From contig JBDSRV010000073.1 in NCBI GenBank assembly GCA_039929125.1, positions 16,639 through 80,638 on the forward strand: DNA of 64,000 nt, written 5' to 3'. The translations under genes and the position numbers were made by a program. The stretch comes from Sphingomicrobium sp. Its GTDB lineage: Bacteria > Pseudomonadota > Alphaproteobacteria > Sphingomonadales > Sphingomonadaceae. The notes beneath the pieces were generated by a model. It saw only the letters and a list, made by a program, of their open reading frames with translations. It was not told the origin of the DNA and did not search any database. Positions 27,392-36,604 of this stretch are shown one piece after another. Positions within the stretch are counted from its first letter, which is position 1, and the number at the start of each line of letters is the position of its first letter.

Positions 27392-28295
27392 ATCGCCACG
27401 GCGCCGCGTCCGAGCGCTCGACCTGGATGGTCGAATGGCTGATCTCGAACAATTGGTGGACATAGGCATTGGCCTGACGGATGACGCGGTCGCCGTCGGC
27501 GCCGGCGTCGACCACCAGGTGCACCGTGAGCGCGGTCTCGGTCGTGCTCAATGACCAGATGTGCAGGTGATGGACGTCGCAGACGCCGCCGAGCGTCTTC
27601 AGCGCTTTCTCGACCAGTGACGGATCGACCCCCTTGGGCACGCCGGCCAAAGTCATCGACGTCGCTTCGGCCAGCAACCCCCAGCAGCTCCACAGGATCA
27701 CCCCCGCGACCGCCAGGCTGGCGACCGGGTCGATCCAGTCTTTGCCGGTGACAATGATCAAATAGCCGGCGACCACCACCGCCGCCGATACCGCCGCGTC
27801 GCCGACCATGTGGAGGAAGGCGCCGCGGATGTTGAGGTCGCTCGACCGCCCGCGCGCGAACAGCCAGGCGGTCACCGCATTGACGAGGATACCAATGCCG
27901 GCGACGACCATGATGGTCGATCCGTTCGACGGGGTCGGTTCGGCCAGCCGGCGGATCGCCTCGGCGATGATCGCGCCGGTCGCGGCGAACAGCAGCAGCC
28001 CGTTGAACAAGGCCGCCAGGATCGAGCTTTTCTTGAGTCCGTAAGAGAAGCGCGGGCTGGGGCGCCGCTTGACCAGCACCGCCCCGGTCCACGCCGCCGC
28101 CAGCCCGAGCACGTCCGACAGATTATGCCCGGCGTCGGCCAGCAGCGCCATCGAGTGGGCGGCCAGGCCATAGCCCGCCTCGACCGCGACGAACCCGCTG
28201 TTGAGCAGGATGCCGACCAGAAATGCTTTGCCGAAATCCGCCGGCGCATGGGCATGGGCGTGGGCGTGGCCCGAATGGTCGTCCGCAACTGACAT
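27390..28295 (-). CDS. Cation diffusion facilitator (CzcD/ZitB-like) metal exporter
   Basis: His-rich N-terminus HSGHAHAHAH, LADAGHNLSD, AFLHMVGD, HHLHIWSL, HSTIQVE. Confidence 0.92.
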   Translation of the reverse strand: MSVADDHSGHAHAHAHAPADFGKAFLVGILLNSGFVAVEAGYGLAAHSMALLADAGHNLSDVLGLAAAWTGAVLVKRRPSPRFSYGLKKSSILAALFNGLLLFAATGAIIAEAIRRLAEPTPSNGSTIMVVAGIGILVNAVTAWLFARGRSSDLNIRGAFLHMVGDAAVSAAVVVAGYLIIVTGKDWIDPVASLAVAGVILWSCWGLLAEATSMTLAGVPKGVDPSLVEKALKTLGGVCDVHHLHIWSLSTTETALTVHLVVDAGADGDRVIRQANAYVHQLFEISHSTIQVERSDAAPWR

Positions 28296-28386
28296 CGCGA
28301 CCAGGCATAGCCGCGAAGCGCCGCCCGTCCATCCTCTGTTTTGGGCGGTTCGTCGAACAGCGGGGGACCGGGCGGTGACTAGGGCT

Positions 28387-28401
28387 TGTGATATTATATC
28401 G
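28387..28401. promoter_or_regulatory. Probable Zur/Fur-family box
   Basis: TGTGATATTATATCG with palindromic core GATAT-T-ATATC, 32 nt before a ZnuD-like gene. Confidence 0.55.
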
Positions 28402-28433
28402 TCTGATTAAGGGGCGTCGGGAACGGAGAATCC

Positions 28434-30512
28434 ATGCGCCTCACTTCCCTTTGCCTGGCAGGCCTGGTCCTGCCTGTGTCCGCCGTGTCCGCGCAGGCCG
28501 CGCCGGCGCCGCCCGCTGAGCCGGCTGCCCAAAGCCCGCCCGCCGACGACGCCGGCACGATCGTTGTCACCGCGCGCCACCGCAACGACGACATCCTGGG
28601 CGATGTCGCGGTGCTTGGGGGACAGGAGCTCGCGTCGCAGGTTCGCTCGACAATTGGTGAGACGCTGGCCAAGCAGCCAGGAGTCACCGCGTCGGGCTCC
28701 GGCCCCAACGTGTCGAAGCCGGTGCTGCGCGGCCTGTCGGGCGACCGCATCCGCATCCTCGTCGACGGCATCGGCAGCCTCGATGTCTCGTCCTCGTCGA
28801 GCGACCATGCGGTGGCGATCAACCCGCTTACCGCCGACAGCATCGAAGTGCTCCACGGCCCGGCCGCATTGCTGTTCGGATCGTCGGCCATCGGTGGCAT
28901 CGTCAATGTCGTCGATTCGCGCATCCCGCGGGTGATCCCGGATTCGCCGCTGAGCGCTTCCGGCACGCTTGGCTACGCCACCGCCGCGCACGAGAAGTTA
29001 GCGAATGGTGAGGTCAATCTGCCGCTGGGCGGCGGCTTTGTCGCCCACGCCGACGCCGGCTGGACCAGCAATGACGACTTGATGACGGGCGGATACATCC
29101 TGTCCGCGCCACTGTGGCAGGAGGCGGCGGCGAGCGGCGATCCCGCCATCCGCGCCCTCGCCGCTCTCAAGGGCCGTCTGCCCAACAGCGACGGCCGCAC
29201 TTTTGAAGGCGCGGGCGCCCTCGCATATATCGACGGGGGGTTCAACGTCGGCCTTTCGGTCACCCGCCACACCGCATTCTACGGGGTACCGGTGCGCTTT
29301 TCGCTGGACCCGTCGATCGAAGCCGAACGAACGCATATCGATGTCGCTCAAACCCGTTATGATGCGCGGGCTGAAATTCCGTTCGAAGGGCTGTTCAGCG
29401 CATTGAAGCTGCGCGGCGGGTACAGCGATTATCAGCACCAGGAGATTGCTGCTGACGGCGCCGTCGGCAGCACCGTCATTTCCAAGGGCGGCGAGGCCCG
29501 CGCCGATCTTCTTCAGCGCGATCGCAGCGGCTGGGGCGGGATCAGCGGCGTCCAACTGCTCGACGTCCGCCAGCGGATCGACGGGGACGAGCAATTCCTG
29601 CCCCCGAGCCGGGCGATCGACTTGGGGCTGTTCACTGTCCAGCACATCGATTTGGGCCCGTTACGCCTCGCGGCTGGCGCAAGAGTCGAGAGTGCGCGCC
29701 ACAGCGCCGATGCCAGTGAAGTCGTCGGCAACCCCGCTTTGTCACGGCATTTCACCACCGTCTCGCTATCGGCCGGTGTCAATTACTCGCTGACTTCGCA
29801 ATGGAAGGTCGGCCTCAACGTCGCCCATTCGCAACGCGCGCCGTCGGTCGAAGAGCTTTACGCGAACGGCCCGCACGGCGGCAACGCGAGCTTCGAGCTT
29901 GGCGACCCCAACCTCACGCTCGAACGGAGCCTTGGCGTCGAGGCGACGATCAGCCATCAAGCGCGCGCGATTGATTTGAACGGCACGCTTTACGCCAGCC
30001 ATTACGGCAACTTCCTCTACCAGGTGCCAACGGGCGAAGTACGGAACAATCTGCCGGTCTACGCCTTTCGCCAGGGCCGGGCCGATTACCTTGGGTTCGA
30101 ACTGTCGGCCCAGGTCCCCATGGGCACGCTCGGCGGCATCTCGTGGGGCTTGGAAGGGAGCGCCGACGCGACCCGCGCGACGATCCGGAACTTCGGCCCA
30201 GCGCCGCTGATCCCGCCGCTGCGCCTCAATGGCGGCATCACCGCCGAGCGCGGGCCGGTGTCGGGGCGGGTCGAGGTTGAGCATGACTTCGGTCACAGCC
30301 GCATTGCCCCGTTAGAAACCGTCACCCCCGGCTTCACCCTGGTCAACGCCTCGGCCGACTGGAAGCCGCTCGCCGAGCGGCCCGAGCTGACCCTGACGCT
30401 GGCGCTCAACAACATCTTCGATGCCGAGGCGCGGCGCTCGACCAGCCTGCTCAAGGACTATGCCCCGCTCGCCGGCCGTGACCTCAGGCTGACCGCCCGC
30501 TTCGCTTATTGA
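28434..30512 (+). CDS. TonB-dependent receptor, ZnuD-like
   Basis: Signal peptide, TIVVTA TonB box, IGETLAKQPGV, SSSSSDHAV plug motif, GPAALLFG, terminal F-A-Y. Confidence 0.88.
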   Translation: MRLTSLCLAGLVLPVSAVSAQAAPAPPAEPAAQSPPADDAGTIVVTARHRNDDILGDVAVLGGQELASQVRSTIGETLAKQPGVTASGSGPNVSKPVLRGLSGDRIRILVDGIGSLDVSSSSSDHAVAINPLTADSIEVLHGPAALLFGSSAIGGIVNVVDSRIPRVIPDSPLSASGTLGYATAAHEKLANGEVNLPLGGGFVAHADAGWTSNDDLMTGGYILSAPLWQEAAASGDPAIRALAALKGRLPNSDGRTFEGAGALAYIDGGFNVGLSVTRHTAFYGVPVRFSLDPSIEAERTHIDVAQTRYDARAEIPFEGLFSALKLRGGYSDYQHQEIAADGAVGSTVISKGGEARADLLQRDRSGWGGISGVQLLDVRQRIDGDEQFLPPSRAIDLGLFTVQHIDLGPLRLAAGARVESARHSADASEVVGNPALSRHFTTVSLSAGVNYSLTSQWKVGLNVAHSQRAPSVEELYANGPHGGNASFELGDPNLTLERSLGVEATISHQARAIDLNGTLYASHYGNFLYQVPTGEVRNNLPVYAFRQGRADYLGFELSAQVPMGTLGGISWGLEGSADATRATIRNFGPAPLIPPLRLNGGITAERGPVSGRVEVEHDFGHSRIAPLETVTPGFTLVNASADWKPLAERPELTLTLALNNIFDAEARRSTSLLKDYAPLAGRDLRLTARFAY

Positions 30513-30516
30513 GCGC

Positions 30517-30552
30517 AAAAAAAGGCGGCCCGGCTGGACTGACCGGGCCGCC
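30517..30552 (-). terminator. Intrinsic terminator of the psp operon
   Basis: GGCGGCCCGG-N9-CCGGGCCGCC stem with an A7 run on + (T7 on -). Confidence 0.85.
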
Positions 30553-30587
30553 GCGGCGGGACAGGCTGGGGAGGTCCCGGCGGTGGG

Positions 30588-30821
30588 TTAGAGGTCGATG
30601 CCGGCGGCGATCGCCTCAAGCTTGCGGACGCGTTCCTTCAAGTCGGCGAGTTCGATGCGCCCGCCGGCCGGGCTGAACTTGATCTCGCCCGAATGGCTCG
30701 CCAGCTCCAGCCGTTTGTAATCGAGCCATTCGCGCCAGCCCTTGAGCGCGGCCCACGAGGCGGCGGCGATGGCGACAATCACGGTGCTGCCAATCAGCGC
30801 GGTGGTGATCGGGTCGATCAT
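30588..30821 (-). CDS. Small single-TM protein of the psp operon
   Basis: TM helix then LKGWREWL and ELADLKERVRKLEAIA coiled coil; overlaps pspC stop. Confidence 0.75.
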   Translation of the reverse strand: MIDPITTALIGSTVIVAIAAASWAALKGWREWLDYKRLELASHSGEIKFSPAGGRIELADLKERVRKLEAIAAGIDL

Positions 30822-31207
30822 TGCTTTTCCCCCCGCAATGCCTCGATTTCGCGCGCCAGGTCATCGTTCTGGGTGTGGAGGTGATGGTCGATGGCCATCA
30901 ACCGCCGGCCGTTGACGTCGAGGTTATTGCGCAGATCGTGGACCGAGGTGCGGGTGCGGCGGTCGATGTCCTCCATCCGCTCCAGGTCGCTCGGGCGGCC
31001 GTTGCGGCGGATCGCGTCGCGCCGCGCCATGTGCAGGTACAGCCCGGCGGCGATGTAGCCGATGACCGCCAGTTTCCAGCTGATCAGGATGGCGACGGCG
31101 ACGAAACCGATGCGGATGAACGTCGGGTCGATGTTGAACACTTCGCCAAGGGTCGAGGTGACCCCGGCCAGCTTCTTGTCCCGGCGGTTGAGCGAATATC
31201 GCGTCAT
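30818..31207 (-). CDS. pspC: PspC domain protein
   Basis: DKKLAGV...IDPTFIR PspC N-terminus, TM, C-terminal LAREIEALR. Confidence 0.85.
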   Translation of the reverse strand: MTRYSLNRRDKKLAGVTSTLGEVFNIDPTFIRIGFVAVAILISWKLAVIGYIAAGLYLHMARRDAIRRNGRPSDLERMEDIDRRTRTSVHDLRNNLDVNGRRLMAIDHHLHTQNDDLAREIEALRGEKQ

Positions 31208-31223
31208 ATCCCTGTTCCCCTTC

Positions 31224-32012
31224 TTAGTCTTGGCGCGCTGCGAGCGCGGCTTTCATGGCGCCGAGTTCGGCATCGACCGCTTCGGCGGTGCGCAGCTCGG
31301 CGAATTCTTCCTCGAGGCTCTTCGGCGCGGCCAGGCCGAGCGCGTCGGCATGGCCCTCGGCGAGGTCGGCGCGGCGCTCGAGAATCTCGAACCGCGCGAA
31401 CGCTTCCTCGGTGCGGTGGCCGTGGACCAGCTCGCTCGCCTTGGCGCGGCTGATCGCGCTTTCCATCCTCAGTGCGATCGACTGCTGGCGGGCGCGGGCC
31501 TCGGCCAGCTTGGTCTGGAGCCGCTGGATATCGGCCTCGTAACCGCGCAGCACGGCCTCGATCTGCGCCATTTCGGCGTGCAGCCCTTCGGCCAGTTCGA
31601 CGATCTTCTGTTTCTCGCCAAGCGCGGCACGGGCCAGGTCCTCGCGGCCCTTTTCCAGCGCCAGCCCAGCTTTCTCGGCCCAGCCATGCTGCATGTCGTC
31701 GAGCCGGTTGCAGGCGCGGCGCATTTCCTTGATGTCGGCGATCGAGCGGGCGGCGGTGGCGCGCACTTCGACCAACGTCTCTTCCATCTCGACGATGATC
31801 ATCCGGATCATCCGCACCGGGTCTTCCGAGCGGTCGAGCAGATCGGTCATGTTGGCGGCGATGATGTCGCGGGTGCGGGTGAAGATCGGGCCGGACAGCA
31901 GCCCGGCGAGCGGGGCGAAGCGGACCGACGGCGTATCGGCCTCGACCGCTTCGTCGCTCGCCCGGGGCATGCGGACGGGGGCCCGCGCCACGATCGGTTC
32001 AAGCTCAAGCAT
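31224..32012 (-). CDS. pspA: Phage shock protein A (PspA/IM30) with N-terminal extension
   Basis: IFTRTRDIIAAN, EDPVRMIRMIIVEMEE, EDLARAAL, FEILERR, SLEEEFAEL. Confidence 0.9.
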   Translation of the reverse strand: MLELEPIVARAPVRMPRASDEAVEADTPSVRFAPLAGLLSGPIFTRTRDIIAANMTDLLDRSEDPVRMIRMIIVEMEETLVEVRATAARSIADIKEMRRACNRLDDMQHGWAEKAGLALEKGREDLARAALGEKQKIVELAEGLHAEMAQIEAVLRGYEADIQRLQTKLAEARARQQSIALRMESAISRAKASELVHGHRTEEAFARFEILERRADLAEGHADALGLAAPKSLEEEFAELRTAEAVDAELGAMKAALAARQD

Positions 32013-32145
32013 AGGTCACGATTTCCGTCTGCACGGGGGCCGCCGAGACCTGGCTCGGGGCGATGGCCGCACCGACCGCGATCGAGCTCATCAGCAGCGA
32101 CACGAAGGCCGCGAGCAGATGGTTCTGGAACGACTGACCAAACAT
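32005..32145 (-). CDS. Unannotated 46-aa hydrophobic protein at the head of the psp operon
   Basis: MFGQSFQNHLLAAFVSLLMSSIAVGAAIAPSQVSAAPVQTEIVTYA*; RBS GGGAG; stop overlaps the pspA start by 8 nt. Confidence 0.65.
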   Translation of the reverse strand: MFGQSFQNHLLAAFVSLLMSSIAVGAAIAPSQVSAAPVQTEIVTYA

Positions 32146-32202
32146 TCTCATTCTCCCTTTTCGAACCGGCCAACCTGGCAGCGCGGTTCATGTCCCCTTC
32201 AT

Positions 32203-32219
32203 TTCACGGCCCGTGCCAA
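32203..32219 (-). promoter_or_regulatory. Possible sigma54 promoter of the psp operon
   Basis: TTGGCAC-N5-GTGAA: good -24, degenerate -12. Confidence 0.45.
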
Positions 32220-32267
32220 TTGAAGTTTTCGGGGAAAAACCGGGGAAGTTGCAGCGGAAGCACGACG

Positions 32268-32288
32268 AGGTGGCGGGATTTCCCACCT
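32268..32288. promoter_or_regulatory. Inverted repeat AGGTGG-N9-CCACCT, possible enhancer (UAS) site
   Basis: Palindrome about 50 bp upstream of the -24 element. Confidence 0.4.
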
Positions 32289-32404
32289 TGAGTTGGGACG
32301 CAGCGCCAACTGCTGCGCCAGATGCCGGGCCGGATGCTGGAGCGGAACCGCGCGGCGCTTCGCGCTTTCTTCCCCCACACGAATTTCGGTTGAGAGGATG
32401 GCGT

Positions 32405-32623
32405 ATGTTGGGACGGATTTTGGGTGCGATCGCCGGCGAGAAACTGGCCGGCCGCAACAACGGCGCCAAGGGTGCGCTGATCGGCGCGGCGATCCCGATG
32501 ATCGCGCGGCGCGGGCTTGGCCCGATCAGCCTGTTGCTGGGTGCCGGCTGGCTGGCGAAGAAGCTCTACGACCGGCGTTCGGGCGCGGCGCCTCAGGCCC
32601 CGTCGGTGTCGCCGCTGTCCTGA
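32405..32623 (+). CDS. Small Gly-rich membrane-associated hypothetical protein (72 aa)
   Basis: MLGRILGAIAGEKLAGRNNGAKGALIGA...; RBS GAGGA. Confidence 0.65.
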   Translation: MLGRILGAIAGEKLAGRNNGAKGALIGAAIPMIARRGLGPISLLLGAGWLAKKLYDRRSGAAPQAPSVSPLS

Positions 32624-32904
32624 TCGGCCACGGCGCCATCCGGGAGTCCCTTCAGGTAAGGTTCGACCTTGCCCTTGAGCTTGACCGTCATCGGCTGCCC
32701 GTTGCGGTCGAGGCTGCGGCCGGCGGCGACGCGGATCCAGCCTTCGGACATCGAATATTCCTCGACGTTGACCTTTTTGGCGCCGTTGAACTTGATACCG
32801 ATGCCCTGCGCCAGCAGCTCTTCGTCGAAGAACGGGCTGCGCGGGTCGAGCGACAGGCGGTCGGGGAGCGGCTTGGCGGCGGGGGCTTTGGCTTTGTCGG
32901 GCAT
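32593..32904 (-). CDS. DUF3297 family protein
   Basis: LPDRLSLDPRSPFF, IGIKFNG, VEEYSMSEGWIRV, KLKGKVEPY. Confidence 0.82.
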   Translation of the reverse strand: MPDKAKAPAAKPLPDRLSLDPRSPFFDEELLAQGIGIKFNGAKKVNVEEYSMSEGWIRVAAGRSLDRNGQPMTVKLKGKVEPYLKGLPDGAVADQDSGDTDGA

Positions 32905-32983
32905 GGCCGTGCCCCTAGCCTTGCTCACGCCCACGCGTCAAACAGTTGCCGCTGGGCGCGCCCCGCACTAAGCGCGTGAGCCA

Positions 32984-34270
32984 ATGAGCGAGACACCTTC
33001 CCCCCGCCGCAACCGGCCGGCGCTGGCGCTGCATGTGCCCGAGCCGACCTACCGTCCCGGCGACACGCCCGATTTCTCCGCCATCCGCGTCCCCGCCGCG
33101 GGCGAGGCGCCGCGGCCAGACGTCGCCGCGCCAGCGGTCGACACGCATCTGCTGACGACGCATCTGGTGCGGGTGCTCGACGATGCCGGCAAGGCAGTCG
33201 GCCCGTGGGATCCCAAGCTCGACCCCGACACGTTGCGCAAGATGTACAAGGACATGAAGACCGTCCGCGTGTTCGACGACCGGATGTACCGCGCCCAGCG
33301 CCAGGGCAAGACCAGCTTCTACATGAAATGCACCGGCGAGGAGGCGATCGCCGTCGCCGCCACCACCGCGCTCGACGCCGAGGACATGCACTTCCCGACC
33401 TATCGCCAGCAGGGCCTGTTGGTCGCCCGCGGCTATCCGCTCAAAGACATGATGTGCCAGATCTATTCGAACCGCGGCGACAAGCTCAAAGGCCGTCAGC
33501 TGCCGATCATGTATTCGGACAAGAAGCACGGCTTCTTCTCCATCTCGGGCAACCTCGGCACGCAATATCCGCAGGCCGTCGGCTGGGCGATGGCGAGCGC
33601 GATCAAGGGCGACAGCCGCATCGCCATGGGCTGGATCGGCGAGGGCGCGACCGCCGAGGGCGACTTCCATTCGGCGCTGACCTTCGCCGCGGTCTACCAG
33701 GCGCCGGTCATCCTCGCGGTGGTCAACAACCAGTGGGCGATCAGCAGCTTCTCCGGCATTGCCGGGGCCGAGCAGGCGACCTTCGCCAGCCGCGCCGTCG
33801 GCTATGGCATCGCCGGCATGCGGGTCGACGGCAATGACGCGCTGGCGGTGGTTGCCGCGGTGCGCTGGGCGGCCGACCGCGCCCGCTCTAACAAGGGCCC
33901 GACGCTGATCGAATTCTTCACCTACCGCGCGGAGGGCCATTCGACCTCCGACGACCCGACCGGCTACCGCCCCGCCGGCGAAGCGCAGGAGTGGCCGCTG
34001 GGCGACCCGATCGCGCGGCTGAAGGCGCACCTCGTCGCGCTTGGCGAATGGGACGACGAGCGCGACGCCGGCCAGGACAAGGACATCGACGCCACCGTCC
34101 GCGCCGCGCAGAAGGAGGCCGAGAAACTCGGCATCCTGCCGCAACAGGGGTTCGAGGACATCGGCTCGATGTTCGAGGACGTCTATGCCGACACCCCGTG
34201 GCACCTCGCCGAGCAGCGCGAGGAAGCCTTCGCCGAGGCCCGCGACTTCCTGGGGCGCGACCCGAAATGA
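32984..34270 (+). CDS. bkdA1: Branched-chain 2-oxoacid dehydrogenase E1 alpha
   Basis: LHVPEP, RQGKTSFY, GEGATAEGDF...NNQWAIS TPP motif, HSTSDDP. Confidence 0.93.
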   Translation: MSETPSPRRNRPALALHVPEPTYRPGDTPDFSAIRVPAAGEAPRPDVAAPAVDTHLLTTHLVRVLDDAGKAVGPWDPKLDPDTLRKMYKDMKTVRVFDDRMYRAQRQGKTSFYMKCTGEEAIAVAATTALDAEDMHFPTYRQQGLLVARGYPLKDMMCQIYSNRGDKLKGRQLPIMYSDKKHGFFSISGNLGTQYPQAVGWAMASAIKGDSRIAMGWIGEGATAEGDFHSALTFAAVYQAPVILAVVNNQWAISSFSGIAGAEQATFASRAVGYGIAGMRVDGNDALAVVAAVRWAADRARSNKGPTLIEFFTYRAEGHSTSDDPTGYRPAGEAQEWPLGDPIARLKAHLVALGEWDDERDAGQDKDIDATVRAAQKEAEKLGILPQQGFEDIGSMFEDVYADTPWHLAEQREEAFAEARDFLGRDPK

Positions 34271-35280
34271 CGGTGCGCAACATGATCCAGGCGATCAACG
34301 ACGCCCACCGCGTGATGATGGAGCGCGACCCCGACGTCGTCGTCTATGGCGAGGATGTCGGTTTCTTCGGCGGCGTGTTTCGCGCCACCGAGGGGCTGCA
34401 GAAGCAGTTCGGGAAAACGCGCGCCTTCGACGCCCCGATCTCCGAAGGCGGCATCGTCGGCACCGCGGTCGGCATGGCGGCGTATGGCCTGAAGCCCGTG
34501 ATCGAGATCCAGTTCGCCGATTACATCTACCCGGGCTACGACCAGATTGTCTCCGAAGTCGCCAAGATCCGCTACCGCACTGCCGGCGAGTGGACGATGC
34601 CGATGGTCATCCGCTCGCCCTATGGCGGCGGCATTTTCGGCGGGCAGACGCACAGCCAGTCGCCCGAGGCTTTATTCACCCATGTCGCGGGGCTGAAGAC
34701 CGTCATCCCGTCCAATCCCTATGACGCCAAGGGCCTGCTGATCGCCGCCATCGAGGACCCCGACCCGGTCGTGTTCTTCGAGCCCAAGCGCATCTACAAC
34801 GGCCCGTTCGACGGCCACCACGACCGCCCCGTCACCCCGTGGGCCAAGCGCGCCGAGGCCGAAGTGCCCGATGGCCATTACGCCGTCCCGCTGGGCAAGG
34901 CGGCGATCGTCCGCCCGGGCGAGGCGCTGACCGTGCTGGCCTATGGCACGATGGTCCACGTCGCCCGCGCCGCGGTCGAGGAAAACGGCATCGACGCCGA
35001 GGTCATCGACCTGCGCACGTTGCTGCCGCTCGACATCGAGACGATCGAGGAGAGCGTCAAGAAGACCGGCCGCTGCCTGGTCGTCCAGGAAGCCACCCGC
35101 ACCTGCGGCTATGGCGCCGAGCTGGTGGCGCTGGTGCAGGAGCGCTGCTTCTATCATCTGGAAGCGCCGGTGATCCGCGTGGCCGGCCCCGACACGCCTT
35201 ACCCGCACGCCTATGAGTGGATTTATTTCCCCGGGCCGATCCGGTTGAAGAACGCGCTCAAGAAGGTCATGGAGTCGTAA
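34267..35280 (+). CDS. bkdA2: Branched-chain 2-oxoacid dehydrogenase E1 beta
   Basis: GEDVGFFGGVFR, EIQFADY, GGQTHSQSPE, FFEPKRIY. Confidence 0.93.
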   Translation: MTVRNMIQAINDAHRVMMERDPDVVVYGEDVGFFGGVFRATEGLQKQFGKTRAFDAPISEGGIVGTAVGMAAYGLKPVIEIQFADYIYPGYDQIVSEVAKIRYRTAGEWTMPMVIRSPYGGGIFGGQTHSQSPEALFTHVAGLKTVIPSNPYDAKGLLIAAIEDPDPVVFFEPKRIYNGPFDGHHDRPVTPWAKRAEAEVPDGHYAVPLGKAAIVRPGEALTVLAYGTMVHVARAAVEENGIDAEVIDLRTLLPLDIETIEESVKKTGRCLVVQEATRTCGYGAELVALVQERCFYHLEAPVIRVAGPDTPYPHAYEWIYFPGPIRLKNALKKVMES

Positions 35281-36602
35281 TGGGGACTTACCAGTTCAAG
35301 CTGCCCGACATCGGCGAAGGCATCGCCGAGGCGGAGATCGTCACCTGGCACGTCAAGGTCGGGGACGTCATCGCCGAGGACCAGCAGCTGGCCGACATGA
35401 TGACCGACAAGGCCACCGTCGAAATGGAATCGCCGGTCGCGGGCAAGGTCACCAAGCTGGCCGGCGAGGTCGGCGACCAGATCGCGATCGGCAGCGTGCT
35501 GGTCGAGATCGAGACCGACGGCGAGGCAGCGGCGGTGGACAGCAAGGCCGAGCAGCCGCTGGCCGATGGCGCGGTCAAGGCGACCGAGGCGATGGCGGAA
35601 GAACTGCCGGTGACGGCGACGGAGAACCCCCTCCCGCCAGAGCGGGAGGGGAAGAGCGCGAAGCGCGAAGGGGAGGGCAAGTCTACGGTCTCGAATCCGA
35701 CAGGGACAAGCCCTCCCCTGGCCCCTCCCGCTCCGGCGGAAGGGGGACAGAAAACCCTCGCCTCCCCCGCCGTGCGCCAGCGCGCCCGCGACCTCGGCAT
35801 CGACCTTGCGTCGGTCAAGACCGCCGGCGACCGCATCCGCCACGCCGACCTCGACGCTTTTCTGCTCTACAATGGCGGGACGGTCAGCCACGGCGCCGCG
35901 CCGCGCCGCGCCGACGAGACCATCAAGGTCGTCGGCCTGCGCCGCAAGATCGCCGAGAACATGGCTGAGGCCAAGCGCCGCATCCCGCATTTCACGCTGG
36001 TCGAGGAGTTCGACGTTACCGAGCTCGAGGACACGCGGGCGATGATGAACGCCGACCGCGGCGACAATCCCAAGCTGACCCTGCTGCCGTTCCTTATCGC
36101 CGCGATGGGGAAGGCGCTCAATGACTGGCCGATGCTCAACGCGACCTTCGACGACGACAATATGCAGCTCACGCGCCACGGCGCGATGCACCTCGGCATG
36201 GCGACCCAGACCCCCGGCGGGCTGATGGTCCCGGTCATCCGCGACGCCCAGTCGAAGTCGGTGTGGCAATTGGCCAAGGAGGTCGCGCGGCTCGCCGAGG
36301 CCGCCAAGTCGGGCAAGGCGTCACGCGAAGAACTCAGCGGATCGACCATCACCTTGTCGAGCCTCGGGCCGATGGGCGGCGTCACCTCGACCCCGGTCAT
36401 CAACCGCCCCGAAGTCGCGATCATCGCGGTCAACAAGGTGCGCGAAATGCCGGTCATCGTCGACGGCGAGCTGGAAGCGCGCAAGCTGATGAACCTCAGC
36501 CTCAGCTGCGACCACCGCGTCGTCGACGGCTGGGACGCGGCCAATTTTCTCCAGACGATGAAAAGCTACATCGAGCACCCGCTGCGGTTGCTGAGCGCCT
36601 GA
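35280..36602 (+). CDS. bkdB: Dihydrolipoamide acyltransferase E2
   Basis: MTDKATVE lipoyl motif, ASPAVR peripheral-subunit domain, DHRVVDG. Confidence 0.93.
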   Translation: MGTYQFKLPDIGEGIAEAEIVTWHVKVGDVIAEDQQLADMMTDKATVEMESPVAGKVTKLAGEVGDQIAIGSVLVEIETDGEAAAVDSKAEQPLADGAVKATEAMAEELPVTATENPLPPEREGKSAKREGEGKSTVSNPTGTSPPLAPPAPAEGGQKTLASPAVRQRARDLGIDLASVKTAGDRIRHADLDAFLLYNGGTVSHGAAPRRADETIKVVGLRRKIAENMAEAKRRIPHFTLVEEFDVTELEDTRAMMNADRGDNPKLTLLPFLIAAMGKALNDWPMLNATFDDDNMQLTRHGAMHLGMATQTPGGLMVPVIRDAQSKSVWQLAKEVARLAEAAKSGKASREELSGSTITLSSLGPMGGVTSTPVINRPEVAIIAVNKVREMPVIVDGELEARKLMNLSLSCDHRVVDGWDAANFLQTMKSYIEHPLRLLSA

Positions 36603-36604
36603 AC

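Noticed and set aside
26912-30512. Possible genomic island integrated at tRNA-Thr (3' end reads ACCG; AT-rich patch follows)
   Set aside because: No integrase and no duplicated tRNA 3' end found by eye; non-encoded CCA is common.
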